The notes below the pieces were generated by a model. That model saw nothing but the letters and a program-made list of their open reading frames with translations. It was not told where the DNA came from and searched no databases. From assembly GCA_013166835.1 (NCBI GenBank), contig JABLTI010000029.1, positions 5,579-29,578 on the forward strand: a stretch of DNA of 24,000 bases, read 5' to 3'. The stretch is from Promethearchaeati archaeon. GTDB lineage: Archaea > Asgardarchaeota > Heimdallarchaeia > JABLTI01. Each line of letters opens with the position of its first letter. The first letter of the stretch is position 1. A program made the translations under genes and the position numbers. Positions 14,597 through 22,669 of this stretch are shown here, in pieces.

Positions 14597-16642
14597 ATGA
14601 ACGAAAAAATTATTCCTCCAATAGCTAAAAAAGAATCGAAGATTACAGAGATTTTTGATCAAAAATTTGAAGACAATTATTTTTGGCTTAGAAATAAAGA
14701 GAATCAAGAAGTTATTGATTATTTAACTTCTGAAAATGAATATACCGCGGAAATAACCAAACATCTTAACACTTTCAATGAAAATCTCTTTGAAGAAATG
14801 AAGAATAGAATCAAAGAAGATGACGAAAGTGTACCATACAAACACAATGATTACTATTATTATACTAAAAACGAGAAGGGTAAGGAGTACAAGATTTATT
14901 TCAGGAAGCATTTGAATTTAGATGCTGAAGAAGAAAAAATTCTAGATCTTAACGATTTATCTGAAGGTTTAGATTATTTTTGGCTTCAAAGATACAAGAT
15001 AAGCCCCAATCAAAAGAAGCTAGCCTATTCATTTGATAATACTGGTTACGAGAAATTCATTATTCAAATTAAGGATCTTGAAACTGGAGAGACAAGTACT
15101 CCGGGCATGGAAAATGTTGGTTGGAATCTTGAGTGGGCTGATAATACAACTATTTATTATACTCTCAGAGACGAAGCTCAAAGAGCTTATGCGGTAAAGA
15201 GACATATTCTTGGCACTTCTGCTGAGGATGATGTATGTATTTTTGAAGAAGATGATATTACTCGACGAGTATCAATCTGGAAAAGTAAAGATAAAAAATA
15301 CATTTTCGTTAATTCAGAGTCAACATTAAGCTCAGAGGTTCGATTTTTAGATCTTTCCAATCCTTTAGGTGAGTTTGTTGTTTTCTATCCTCGAGAAAAA
15401 GAGCATGAATACAATATTACCTATAAGGATGGTTATTTCTACATTGTAACAAATTCCGATGATTCAACTAATTTTAAGTTGCTACGAACCCCAGTAGATA
15501 ATATTGGCAAGGAGTTTTGGGAGGAAATTATTCCTCATAATGAGGATGTTCGTCTCTTATGGACTGAAGCATTTGAGAATTTTCTAGTCATTCATAAAAG
15601 ATATAAAGGTTTGAAACAAGTAGAAATCTTTTATGGAAAAGATGATAAGAGAAATCATGATGTAACATTCCCTGAACCTATCTATGGTGTCTGGAGTGGA
15701 GATAATTTTGTTTACGATTCAGATATTGTTCGATTAGAATATACTTCACTTATTACTCCAAATTCAGTATTTGATTATCATGTTAATGATAAACAGCTTG
15801 AATTATTAAAAGAGGAAGAAGTGAAAAACTACGACAAAGAAGATTATGTAACTACTAGAAAATTTGTTAAGGCACGTGATGGGGCAAATGTTCCAATTTC
15901 AATTGTTCATAAAAAAGGACTTTCTCTACCTGCTCCTACAATGCTCTATGCTTATGGCTCTTATGGTTATCCAATTGACACTAATTTCTCCCCTACAATA
16001 GTTAGTTTAATAGAACGTGGCATGATTTATATCATTGCACATGTCAGAGGTGGTGGTGAGCTTGGTCGGAAATGGTATAATGATGGCAAGATGCTTAATA
16101 AAATGAATACCTTTACTGATTTCATTGATTGTGCAGAATATCTCATTAAGAATAAGATTACAACTAAAGAGCAATTAGTCGTTCATGGAGGAAGTGCCGG
16201 TGGTCTTTTAATGGGTGTAATAATGAATATGCGACCTGAATTGTTTCATTTAATTATTGCTCGAGTTCCATTCATTGATGTCATTAATACTATGCTAGAT
16301 GAAAGTATACCTTTGACTGCTCTGGAATGGGATGAATGGGGCAATCCAAAAATAAAGGAACAGTTTGAGTATATGTTACAATATTCACCCTATGAGAACA
16401 TTGTAGCAAAAGATTACCCACATATACTAGTAACAACTGGATTAAATGACCCAAGAGTTGCTTACTGGGAACCGGCAAAAATGGTTGCTAAACTACGAGC
16501 ACTAAAAACCGATGAGAACACTTTGATCTTAAAAACCAATATGGGCGCAGGGCATGGTGGAGCTTCAGGTAGATATGAGAAAATGAAAGAAACAGCGTTC
16601 ATTTATGGTTTTGCTCTTGATAAAGTAGGTTTAGTAAAGTAA
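14597..16642 (+). CDS. ptrB: Oligopeptidase B (protease II), S9A prolyl-oligopeptidase family serine peptidase
   Basis: The 681-aa protein appears collinear with E. coli PtrB as I remember it. N-terminus PPIAKKE...FEDNYFWLR; catalytic Ser in HGGSAGGLLMG; 'VPFIDVINTMLDESIPLT..EWDEWGNP'; 'TTGLNDPRVAYWEPAKMVAKLR'; catalytic His in NMGAGHGGASGRY. Confidence 0.9.
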   Translation: MNEKIIPPIAKKESKITEIFDQKFEDNYFWLRNKENQEVIDYLTSENEYTAEITKHLNTFNENLFEEMKNRIKEDDESVPYKHNDYYYYTKNEKGKEYKIYFRKHLNLDAEEEKILDLNDLSEGLDYFWLQRYKISPNQKKLAYSFDNTGYEKFIIQIKDLETGETSTPGMENVGWNLEWADNTTIYYTLRDEAQRAYAVKRHILGTSAEDDVCIFEEDDITRRVSIWKSKDKKYIFVNSESTLSSEVRFLDLSNPLGEFVVFYPREKEHEYNITYKDGYFYIVTNSDDSTNFKLLRTPVDNIGKEFWEEIIPHNEDVRLLWTEAFENFLVIHKRYKGLKQVEIFYGKDDKRNHDVTFPEPIYGVWSGDNFVYDSDIVRLEYTSLITPNSVFDYHVNDKQLELLKEEEVKNYDKEDYVTTRKFVKARDGANVPISIVHKKGLSLPAPTMLYAYGSYGYPIDTNFSPTIVSLIERGMIYIIAHVRGGGELGRKWYNDGKMLNKMNTFTDFIDCAEYLIKNKITTKEQLVVHGGSAGGLLMGVIMNMRPELFHLIIARVPFIDVINTMLDESIPLTALEWDEWGNPKIKEQFEYMLQYSPYENIVAKDYPHILVTTGLNDPRVAYWEPAKMVAKLRALKTDENTLILKTNMGAGHGGASGRYEKMKETAFIYGFALDKVGLVK

Positions 16643-16658
16643 CTGAACCTATCAGCTA

Positions 16659-16665
16659 TTTTTTT
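16659..16665 (+). terminator. Oligo-T tract (T7) after the oligopeptidase B gene
   Basis: TTTTTTT lies 17 nt after the stop codon, and CTTTTTC follows 10 nt later. No strong hairpin. Confidence 0.3.
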
Positions 16666-16713
16666 CTCGCAACCTTTTTCTTAAATAAATTTTAATCCAT
16701 ACTTGGTGGTTAT

Positions 16714-17109
16714 TTGGCTCTATATGTTTTGGTTTATGTTTGCAGTCTATTTATGATTGGCAGAAATGTCATTTCTTTAGCTTTTAAGATAAAAGACTTG
16801 TTAACTAAAGAAAAGAGAATGGAATTTAATGAATCGAAATCGCAATATTTTGTTTATACAGCATTAATCCTCACAGCTGTTTTAGGGATTATTTGTGGGA
16901 TTGGATTACTATTTGAAAATCAGATATTTGGTTACTATCTTTTCATAATAGTCTCTGGAATGATGATTTATTCTTACATAACTTACGCTGGAAAAACATA
17001 TGAGAGTAAGAATTGGATTATGTTTGTAGTCTCAATCATTGTGATCATTCTAATTATGATACTAGTCTCATTGTTGATTTTCTACATGGCTACTGGGATA
17101 ATTGATTAA
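16714..17109 (+). CDS. Small integral membrane protein (3-4 TM), unknown function
   Basis: 131-aa ORF with a TTG start. GGTGG at 16705-16709 lies 4 nt upstream. It has long hydrophobic helices (YFVYTALILTAVLGIICGIGLLF, YYLFIIVSGMMIYSYI, IMFVVSIIVIILIMILVSLLIFYM). An internal ATG (aa 14) is an alternative start. Confidence 0.5.
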   Translation: MALYVLVYVCSLFMIGRNVISLAFKIKDLLTKEKRMEFNESKSQYFVYTALILTAVLGIICGIGLLFENQIFGYYLFIIVSGMMIYSYITYAGKTYESKNWIMFVVSIIVIILIMILVSLLIFYMATGIID

Positions 17110-17153
17110 TCTTGACAAAAGTGTTTATTAGCTTAATACACATCAATTGAATT

Positions 17154-17522
17154 ATGCTTGGAACGACTAAGAAAGAGATTGAGCAAATTCTCAAAGCTTT
17201 CTTCAAGAAGAAATTTCGAGGAGCTACTAAATACAGAATAAGCTCAATTCTTCCAGTTATTACAAAAGCAGATTATGTAATCTATTCATTTAATTTTAAA
17301 TGTGAACACAAGAGAGAACCATACTCTCTCGATTATTTGATAAAATTCTTTCTAAGTATTGATGGTGAACAACAAGCAAGAAATGAACACGAAATTATAC
17401 AGAAAGAAGTAAGTGACAAATCCTTTAAACCAAAAGATTTCTTTCTTGATGTTTCTAAAACTTATTTTGATGAACCATTTCTTATTGTTAACAAAGATGA
17501 AGCAGCATTAATGATAATATGA
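17154..17522 (+). CDS. Hypothetical soluble protein (122 aa)
   Basis: Intact ORF in an otherwise non-coding gap. No recognisable catalytic motif. See the finding on a weak resemblance to a kinase-fold N-lobe. Confidence 0.45.
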   Translation: MLGTTKKEIEQILKAFFKKKFRGATKYRISSILPVITKADYVIYSFNFKCEHKREPYSLDYLIKFFLSIDGEQQARNEHEIIQKEVSDKSFKPKDFFLDVSKTYFDEPFLIVNKDEAALMII

Positions 17523-17601
17523 GTAATTACTGTAGAAGTAAACCAAACTAATTTTCTATCGCCCAAAAATTTATTATCCCTTACTTATCGGTACAATAAT
17601 T

Positions 17602-19512
17602 ATGAAATCTGTTGAGCTTATTTGCGAGAAATACGCAATTCAAAATGCATTAGAGCATGGAGAAGCACAAGTTGGTTCTATTATGAAAATTATTATGAAA
17701 GATAATCCTGAATTACGAAAAGAAGCCAACAAAGTGAAAGATATACTCGAGAAAAAAGTAGAGTATGTTAATGCCTTGAAAATAGAAGAAATACAACAAA
17801 TAGCTCAACAAAAGTATCCTGAACTCTTCAAGGAAGAAGAAGTTGCAGACACAGAGGAAGACGTTGATTTCATTAGAAAGATCATCAATGAGGATATGAA
17901 AACAGGGAAATTCGGTGGCCGAGTTCACACTCGATTTCCTCCAGAACCAAATGGCTATTTGCACATAGGTCACTCAATGTCAATTAATCTAAATTATGGC
18001 ATAGCTAAGGAATACAATGGGAAATTTAACCTACGATTCGATGACACAAATCCGGTTAAAGAAGAAGAGGAGTATGTCCAAGCAATTGTTGAAGATGCAA
18101 AATGGCTTGGAGCCAATTTCAGAGATGAAGTATTGTTTGCATCTGATTATTTTGATCAATTCTATGAATATGCTGTTCAATTAGTTAAGAAGGGATTAGC
18201 ATTTGTTGATGATCTAAGTGTAGAAGAGATTCGAGAACAAAGAGGATCTTTAACAGAACTTGGAAAGGAAAGCCCATACAGAACTAGAACAATAGAAGAG
18301 AATCTAGATCTTTTTACACGCATGAAAGATGGAGAGTTTCCAGAAGGCTCGAGAGTTCTTCGAGCTAAAATTGATATGGAGCATCCAAATCTCATGATGA
18401 GAGATCCAATAATTTATAGAATTCTCCATAAATCACATCACAACACAGGCGATAAGTGGTGCATTTATCCAACATACGATTGGGCTCACGGTCTTGAGGA
18501 TTCTATCGAAGGAATTACTCATTCTATTTGTACTTTAGAATTTGAGGTTCATAGGCAATTATATGATTGGTATTTAGACCAACTAGATGATGAAAAAGGT
18601 AAACCAATTTATCATCCCCAGCAAATTGAATTCGCTCGCTTGAATCTATCTTACCTTGTTCTTAGTAAGAGAAGGCAATTACGACTTGTAAAAGAAGGCT
18701 ATGTTAAAGGCTGGAATGATCCTCGATTACTTACAATTTCTGGAATGAGACGAGGTGGAATAACCTCTGATGCTATTCGAAAATTCTGCAAACATATCGG
18801 TGTTACAAAACGAAAGAGAATTGTGGATAGGTCTGTATTCGATAAATTTGTCAGAGATGATTTAGACGAGAGATGCCCTCGAGTAATGGGTGTGCTTAGA
18901 CCACTGAAAGTCATTATTACTAATTATCCAGAGAGTAAGGAAGAAGAGATAGTTATTCAGAACCATCCCAGAGATAAGAAGATGGGAACTCGGAAAGTGA
19001 AGTTCACTAAAACACTTTACATAGAACAAGATGATTTCATAGAAGACCCTCCCAGCGATTATAAGAGACTCGCACCTAATAAAGAAGTTAGATTACGATA
19101 CGCTAGTGTCATCAAGTGTGATAAAGTGATTAAAGATAAGAAAACAGGGCAAGTTAAAGAAATCCATTGCAGTAACCAACCAGAAAGTGAAGCAACGAAA
19201 TCAATCGGAACCATTCATTGGCTTTCAGCTGATCATGTTGTACAAGCAGAAATACGATTATATGACAGACTTTGTATTAAGGAAAATCCAATGGATGTTG
19301 AAGAAGGAAAAGATTTCACAGATTACATCAATCCTAATTCTCTCGAGGTTGTAACAGGTTTTGTTGAACCATTTATCCAGAAAGCAGAAATAGGTTCACG
19401 ATACCAATTTGAGCGATTAGGTTACTTCAATATTGATCCCATTGATTCTAAGATAGATAGTTTAGTGCTAAATAGGATCATAACCCTTCGGGATTCATGG
19501 TCGAAGAAATAA
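17602..19512 (+). CDS. glnS: Glutaminyl-tRNA synthetase (class I GlxRS, GlnRS clade) with an N-terminal appended helical domain of about 87 aa
   Basis: Close collinearity with E. coli GlnRS as I remember it: HTRFPPEPNGYLHIGH (HIGH), NLRFDDTNPVKE, LRAKIDM, MRDPIIYRI, HHNTGDKWCIYPTYDW, EGITHSICTLEF, RLNLSYLVLSKRR (KMSKS equivalent), GWNDPRLLTISGMRRGG, CKHIGVTKRK. 'KWCIYP' and 'CTLEF' are GlnRS-like rather than eukaryotic or archaeal GluRS-like. Confidence 0.9.
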   Translation: MKSVELICEKYAIQNALEHGEAQVGSIMKIIMKDNPELRKEANKVKDILEKKVEYVNALKIEEIQQIAQQKYPELFKEEEVADTEEDVDFIRKIINEDMKTGKFGGRVHTRFPPEPNGYLHIGHSMSINLNYGIAKEYNGKFNLRFDDTNPVKEEEEYVQAIVEDAKWLGANFRDEVLFASDYFDQFYEYAVQLVKKGLAFVDDLSVEEIREQRGSLTELGKESPYRTRTIEENLDLFTRMKDGEFPEGSRVLRAKIDMEHPNLMMRDPIIYRILHKSHHNTGDKWCIYPTYDWAHGLEDSIEGITHSICTLEFEVHRQLYDWYLDQLDDEKGKPIYHPQQIEFARLNLSYLVLSKRRQLRLVKEGYVKGWNDPRLLTISGMRRGGITSDAIRKFCKHIGVTKRKRIVDRSVFDKFVRDDLDERCPRVMGVLRPLKVIITNYPESKEEEIVIQNHPRDKKMGTRKVKFTKTLYIEQDDFIEDPPSDYKRLAPNKEVRLRYASVIKCDKVIKDKKTGQVKEIHCSNQPESEATKSIGTIHWLSADHVVQAEIRLYDRLCIKENPMDVEEGKDFTDYINPNSLEVVTGFVEPFIQKAEIGSRYQFERLGYFNIDPIDSKIDSLVLNRIITLRDSWSKK

Positions 19513-20540
19513 GTACTCCAGTAGATATTTTCAGTGAAGTGGTTAATTTGGTTAAGAAAAATACTAAGCAATCTAAAGTTGAGGATTTATTCAATCAATC
19601 ACTAAAACATTATGAACTTGAGGAATTTGATGAAGCCGAAGAATGCTTAGAGCAGGCACTTGAATTAGAGCCAACAAATATGAATACACTGCTAGGCATT
19701 GCAAACTTCCATTATGATTTATACGAATATGATAAATCACTTGAATATTTACTAAAAGCAAACAAGCTTGAACCAACTAACGAGGTTGTAATTAGAAGCA
19801 TAGCTAACATCTATGTTTTACTCAAAGATTTGGAAAAGGGCATAGAGTATTGCAAGAAAGCACTATCACTAAATCCAGAAGATTTCAGAGCGTTTCTGAT
19901 AATGGGGAGTGCTTTTTTCCAACAACACAATATTGAGAAAGCTGAGAGCCTATTTAGAAAAGCAGCTGAGATTGAACCTGAATCTTCAGATGTATGGTTT
20001 AATCTTGGAGTATTGCACAGAACTCTACAAGAATTTGACAAAGCATTAGAGAGTTTTCAAAAAGCACTTTCTTTGGAACCAGAAGATTTAATGTTGTACT
20101 TTACAATTGCCGAAACATACGAAGACCTAGAAAACATAGATGAAGCGATTAAATTTTATTATAAGGTGTTAGAAAACGATCCTAAAGCTTACGCTGTATG
20201 GATTCGGCTTTTCGAATTACACGTTGATAGAGAAGAACACAAGAAAGCTGAAAAATGCATGTTGGAATTAATGAAACTGGATCCCAACAATCCTGTTATA
20301 CTAAATAATCTCGGTTACCTCTATCTTGAGATGGGAGAGCTGGAGAAAGCATTTACATTTCTAACTAAATCTATGGAAGCTAATTCTAGTTATCCTAATA
20401 TTTGGCACAGTTTCGGAGAGTATTATGAAAAAATAGGCGATAAAGAAAAAGCTCTCGACCACTATACAAAAGCAGTTGAATTAGATCCAGAGAACAAAGA
20501 ACACCAAGAAGCATTCAAAAAGATAAAGAAGAAGAAGTAA
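19497..20540 (+). CDS. Tetratricopeptide (TPR) repeat protein
   Basis: 347 aa built from about 9-10 tandem 34-aa repeats with the pattern A-x-x-x-[FY]-x-K-A-[LI]-E-L-[DE]-P-x-[ND] (for example ECLEQALELEPTN, EYLLKANKLEPTN, EYCKKALSLNPED, LFRKAAEIEPES, SFQKALSLEPED, HYTKAVELDPEN). The start overlaps the glnS 3' end by 16 nt. Confidence 0.85.
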   Translation: MVEEISTPVDIFSEVVNLVKKNTKQSKVEDLFNQSLKHYELEEFDEAEECLEQALELEPTNMNTLLGIANFHYDLYEYDKSLEYLLKANKLEPTNEVVIRSIANIYVLLKDLEKGIEYCKKALSLNPEDFRAFLIMGSAFFQQHNIEKAESLFRKAAEIEPESSDVWFNLGVLHRTLQEFDKALESFQKALSLEPEDLMLYFTIAETYEDLENIDEAIKFYYKVLENDPKAYAVWIRLFELHVDREEHKKAEKCMLELMKLDPNNPVILNNLGYLYLEMGELEKAFTFLTKSMEANSSYPNIWHSFGEYYEKIGDKEKALDHYTKAVELDPENKEHQEAFKKIKKKK

Positions 20541-20548
20541 AAATAATT

Positions 20549-21664
20549 CTAGTGCTGAAGAATTTTCGTTTTACGTTTTTTCAGCATTTTTTCTCTCTTA
20601 CTTTCAAGTAAATCTACAAATGCTTCTAATCTTGTTTGAAATCCCGCTTCTCCTGTATGTTCATCTACTACAAGAGATAAAACTGGCATGCCGCTTTCAC
20701 GACTCACTTGAGGGAAAATACTTCTTGATATGATTTCAGGCATACAAGTGAAAGGATAGAGGTGTATTAATCCGTCCCAGCCTTTCTTCTTATAGAGAAA
20801 AGCATCTCCAAGATTCTCTTGTGTTTCACCACCAACTCTATATGGAACATATTTAACACCATAGGCATTTGCTTTTTGGAAATCCATCTTTTTGAACGGA
20901 TTCAATCTCTGACCAATATCAACAAATCTCCTCAAAGTTACAGGAGTCTTCGTAATTACTCCCAACTCATTTAATCGTTTATAGATATCCAAATTCAGTG
21001 CAGGTTCTAAAACAACATAGATTTCACCATTCACCACAACTTTCAAAGGATTTGCTTTTTTATCCACTTCCACATTTTCAGCAAACATTTTTGTGATAAT
21101 TTTCGATAATTTTCTTATCTTACTCATTTTTCTTGTTGAGACGATTAGCTGGAATGCATCATTAGCGATCCTTTCAGCACTCCCCTTTTCGATTTCAATA
21201 GCTCGATATTTAAACAGTAATTGGTCTGTTAAATCCGTTAAACGATTTTTTACCCATGTTTTTTGTAAAACTCTAATTGTTTGCAATGTATTTAGACCCG
21301 TACTTACGTTCTTCAATACTTGCACAATATCTTTCGTACTTTCATAATCTATTCTTACCCATTTACAATCATAACCCAAATCTTCCAAAATAATCTTTTG
21401 AACTTGCCAATAAAAACGAAAGCGACAATAGCCATGCCCCCCACCCATTCCCAATTCATCAGCTCCACGTTCAAGACTTTCAATAAAAGTACCCAAAGTG
21501 AGTTTGAAAGGTGTACAGACAAATTCTGGAGAATATCTAGATCCAAGTTGAAATGTTTTCTTACTTGGTTTATTTGGAATAACTAAGTCGTATCTTCCTA
21601 AATCATGAAATAATGACACGAAGACATACTTAAGAGACCCGAAGTGTGGGAACGTGAACGGCAT
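20549..21664 (-). CDS. Acyl-CoA dehydratase activase-related protein, 2-hydroxyglutaryl-CoA dehydratase D-component-like domain (COG3581-like)
   Basis: The N-terminus 'LGSRYSPEFVCTPFKLTLGTFIESLERGADELGMGGGHGYCRFRFY' and C-terminus 'LIHLYPFTCMPEIISRS...LSLVVDEHTGEAGFQTRLEAFVDLL' match the family pattern I remember (SPEFACLP...; CGPD...DEHtgeAG..TRlEAFvDml). It overlaps the upstream gene by 35 nt. Confidence 0.75.
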   Translation of the reverse strand: MPFTFPHFGSLKYVFVSLFHDLGRYDLVIPNKPSKKTFQLGSRYSPEFVCTPFKLTLGTFIESLERGADELGMGGGHGYCRFRFYWQVQKIILEDLGYDCKWVRIDYESTKDIVQVLKNVSTGLNTLQTIRVLQKTWVKNRLTDLTDQLLFKYRAIEIEKGSAERIANDAFQLIVSTRKMSKIRKLSKIITKMFAENVEVDKKANPLKVVVNGEIYVVLEPALNLDIYKRLNELGVITKTPVTLRRFVDIGQRLNPFKKMDFQKANAYGVKYVPYRVGGETQENLGDAFLYKKKGWDGLIHLYPFTCMPEIISRSIFPQVSRESGMPVLSLVVDEHTGEAGFQTRLEAFVDLLESKREKMLKKRKTKILQH

Positions 21665-22310
21665 GTTTCTCCTTTCTCCATCTTAACATATCGACAAATG
21701 CTTCAATACGAGTTTTCATCCCTGCTTCTGCAGTTAAATCATCTAAAACTAACTGTAATAGAGGGATGTCTTGTTTTTCTAAAGCAAACCTATTAGCTAA
21801 TTCTCCTGCTAATGAATCAGGACCACAACTAAAGATCATTAAATGAATTATACCATCAACACTTTCATTTTCAAGGAAATACATGATTGTCCCTAAAATC
21901 TCTCGTTCAAATTCAAAGTATAATCGATTTTCCAATTTGTCTAATTGCTTATCAATTAGTTCTCTTGGCATTTGTTCAGAAGTGATGACGTCTGCACCAT
22001 ATGATTGTAATTTCTTTCGAATATCTAAGGAACAAAAACTATCATTTATTACGTAGGTATGACCGACAAGAGCAATTTTTAGCGTTTTCTCATCTTTTAT
22101 TTCATCTGGAGGATCGTTAAGAAGAATAACAGATCGTTCCCACAGATGAAGTGTCTCAAGATCAATGATTAATTTCTTCTTATATTCCTTATCTGCTTTC
22201 AAAGCTTTTCTCATGGCTTTTATAATTCGGAAGGGATTCTTTGTAAAAACAAAACCAACTTTGAGAACTTCCTTGAAAAAATCAAATTTCGTATGACCAT
22301 ACTTTGCCAT
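21630..22310 (-). CDS. Acyl-CoA dehydratase activase-related protein, DUF2229-like, C-terminal portion (frame-broken from 22366-22584)
   Basis: 'LKIALVGHTYVINDSFCSLDIRKKLQSYGADVIT' and 'IIHLMIFSCGPDSLAGEL...LQLVLDDLTAEAGMKTRIEAFVDML' fit the DUF2229/COG3580 pattern. The frame stays open upstream of the ATG to 22382 and encodes plausible protein (ADVLRSLYPDLPPLIAPHFN). Confidence 0.7.
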   Translation of the reverse strand: MAKYGHTKFDFFKEVLKVGFVFTKNPFRIIKAMRKALKADKEYKKKLIIDLETLHLWERSVILLNDPPDEIKDEKTLKIALVGHTYVINDSFCSLDIRKKLQSYGADVITSEQMPRELIDKQLDKLENRLYFEFEREILGTIMYFLENESVDGIIHLMIFSCGPDSLAGELANRFALEKQDIPLLQLVLDDLTAEAGMKTRIEAFVDMLRWRKEKHAVHVPTLRVS

Positions 22311-22365
22311 ATTGAAATGTGGTGCAATTAATGGAGGTAAATCTGGATACAGAGAACGTAAGACA

Positions 22366-22584
22366 TCAGCTAACTTTATCCTTTAGTTCCATAATATGTC
22401 CATGAAGGATTTTAGTTGAATAACAATCTTCATCCGGAGCTATTTCAATAGCTACCTCTCTGACATTCTTGGTTGTTTCCGGTGAAACTACCACTGTTGC
22501 TCCTAATTCTGTGAAAAACATTTCCCACATTGTGGCAAATTTGTAATAAATTAATGCTCTAGGTATCCCTACCCGTTTGGACAT
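22366..22584 (-). CDS. Acyl-CoA dehydratase activase-related protein, DUF2229-like, N-terminal fragment (72 aa)
   Basis: 'VGIPRALIYYKFATMWEMFFTELGATVVVSPETTK...DEDCYSTKILHGHI' matches the remembered N-terminal consensus (IGIPRAL.YYeyyplW..FF.eLG.evv.Sp.Tnk...DeaClPvK.fHGHv). The ORF stops after 72 aa while the next frame continues. Confidence 0.6.
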   Translation of the reverse strand: MSKRVGIPRALIYYKFATMWEMFFTELGATVVVSPETTKNVREVAIEIAPDEDCYSTKILHGHIMELKDKVS

Positions 22585-22669
22585 TGATTACCCATCCCGA
22601 CTGTTTCAAGTTTTTTTAACTGGTATTTTAGTATTTGTTTTGTATTATTTTAGTATTCTTGTGAAAAAA

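Noticed and set aside
14257-14911. ORFs 14257-14478 (+), 14498-14707 (-) and 14723-14911 (-) around the divergent promoter and the ptrB 5' end
   Set aside because: They overlap the well-supported UvrA-like and ptrB genes or the promoter region, and their low-complexity Ile/Phe/Lys-rich translations carry no motifs.
16290-21586. Remaining embedded antisense or alternate-frame ORFs (16290-16478, 17713-17973, 18177-18395, 18699-18914, 19591-19776, 19811-20041, 21093-21347, 21320-21586, 21355-21546; also 22976-23176)
   Set aside because: Each lies wholly within a longer ORF that has a recognisable family signature (ptrB, glnS, TPR, activase-related, DinB). None has independent support.
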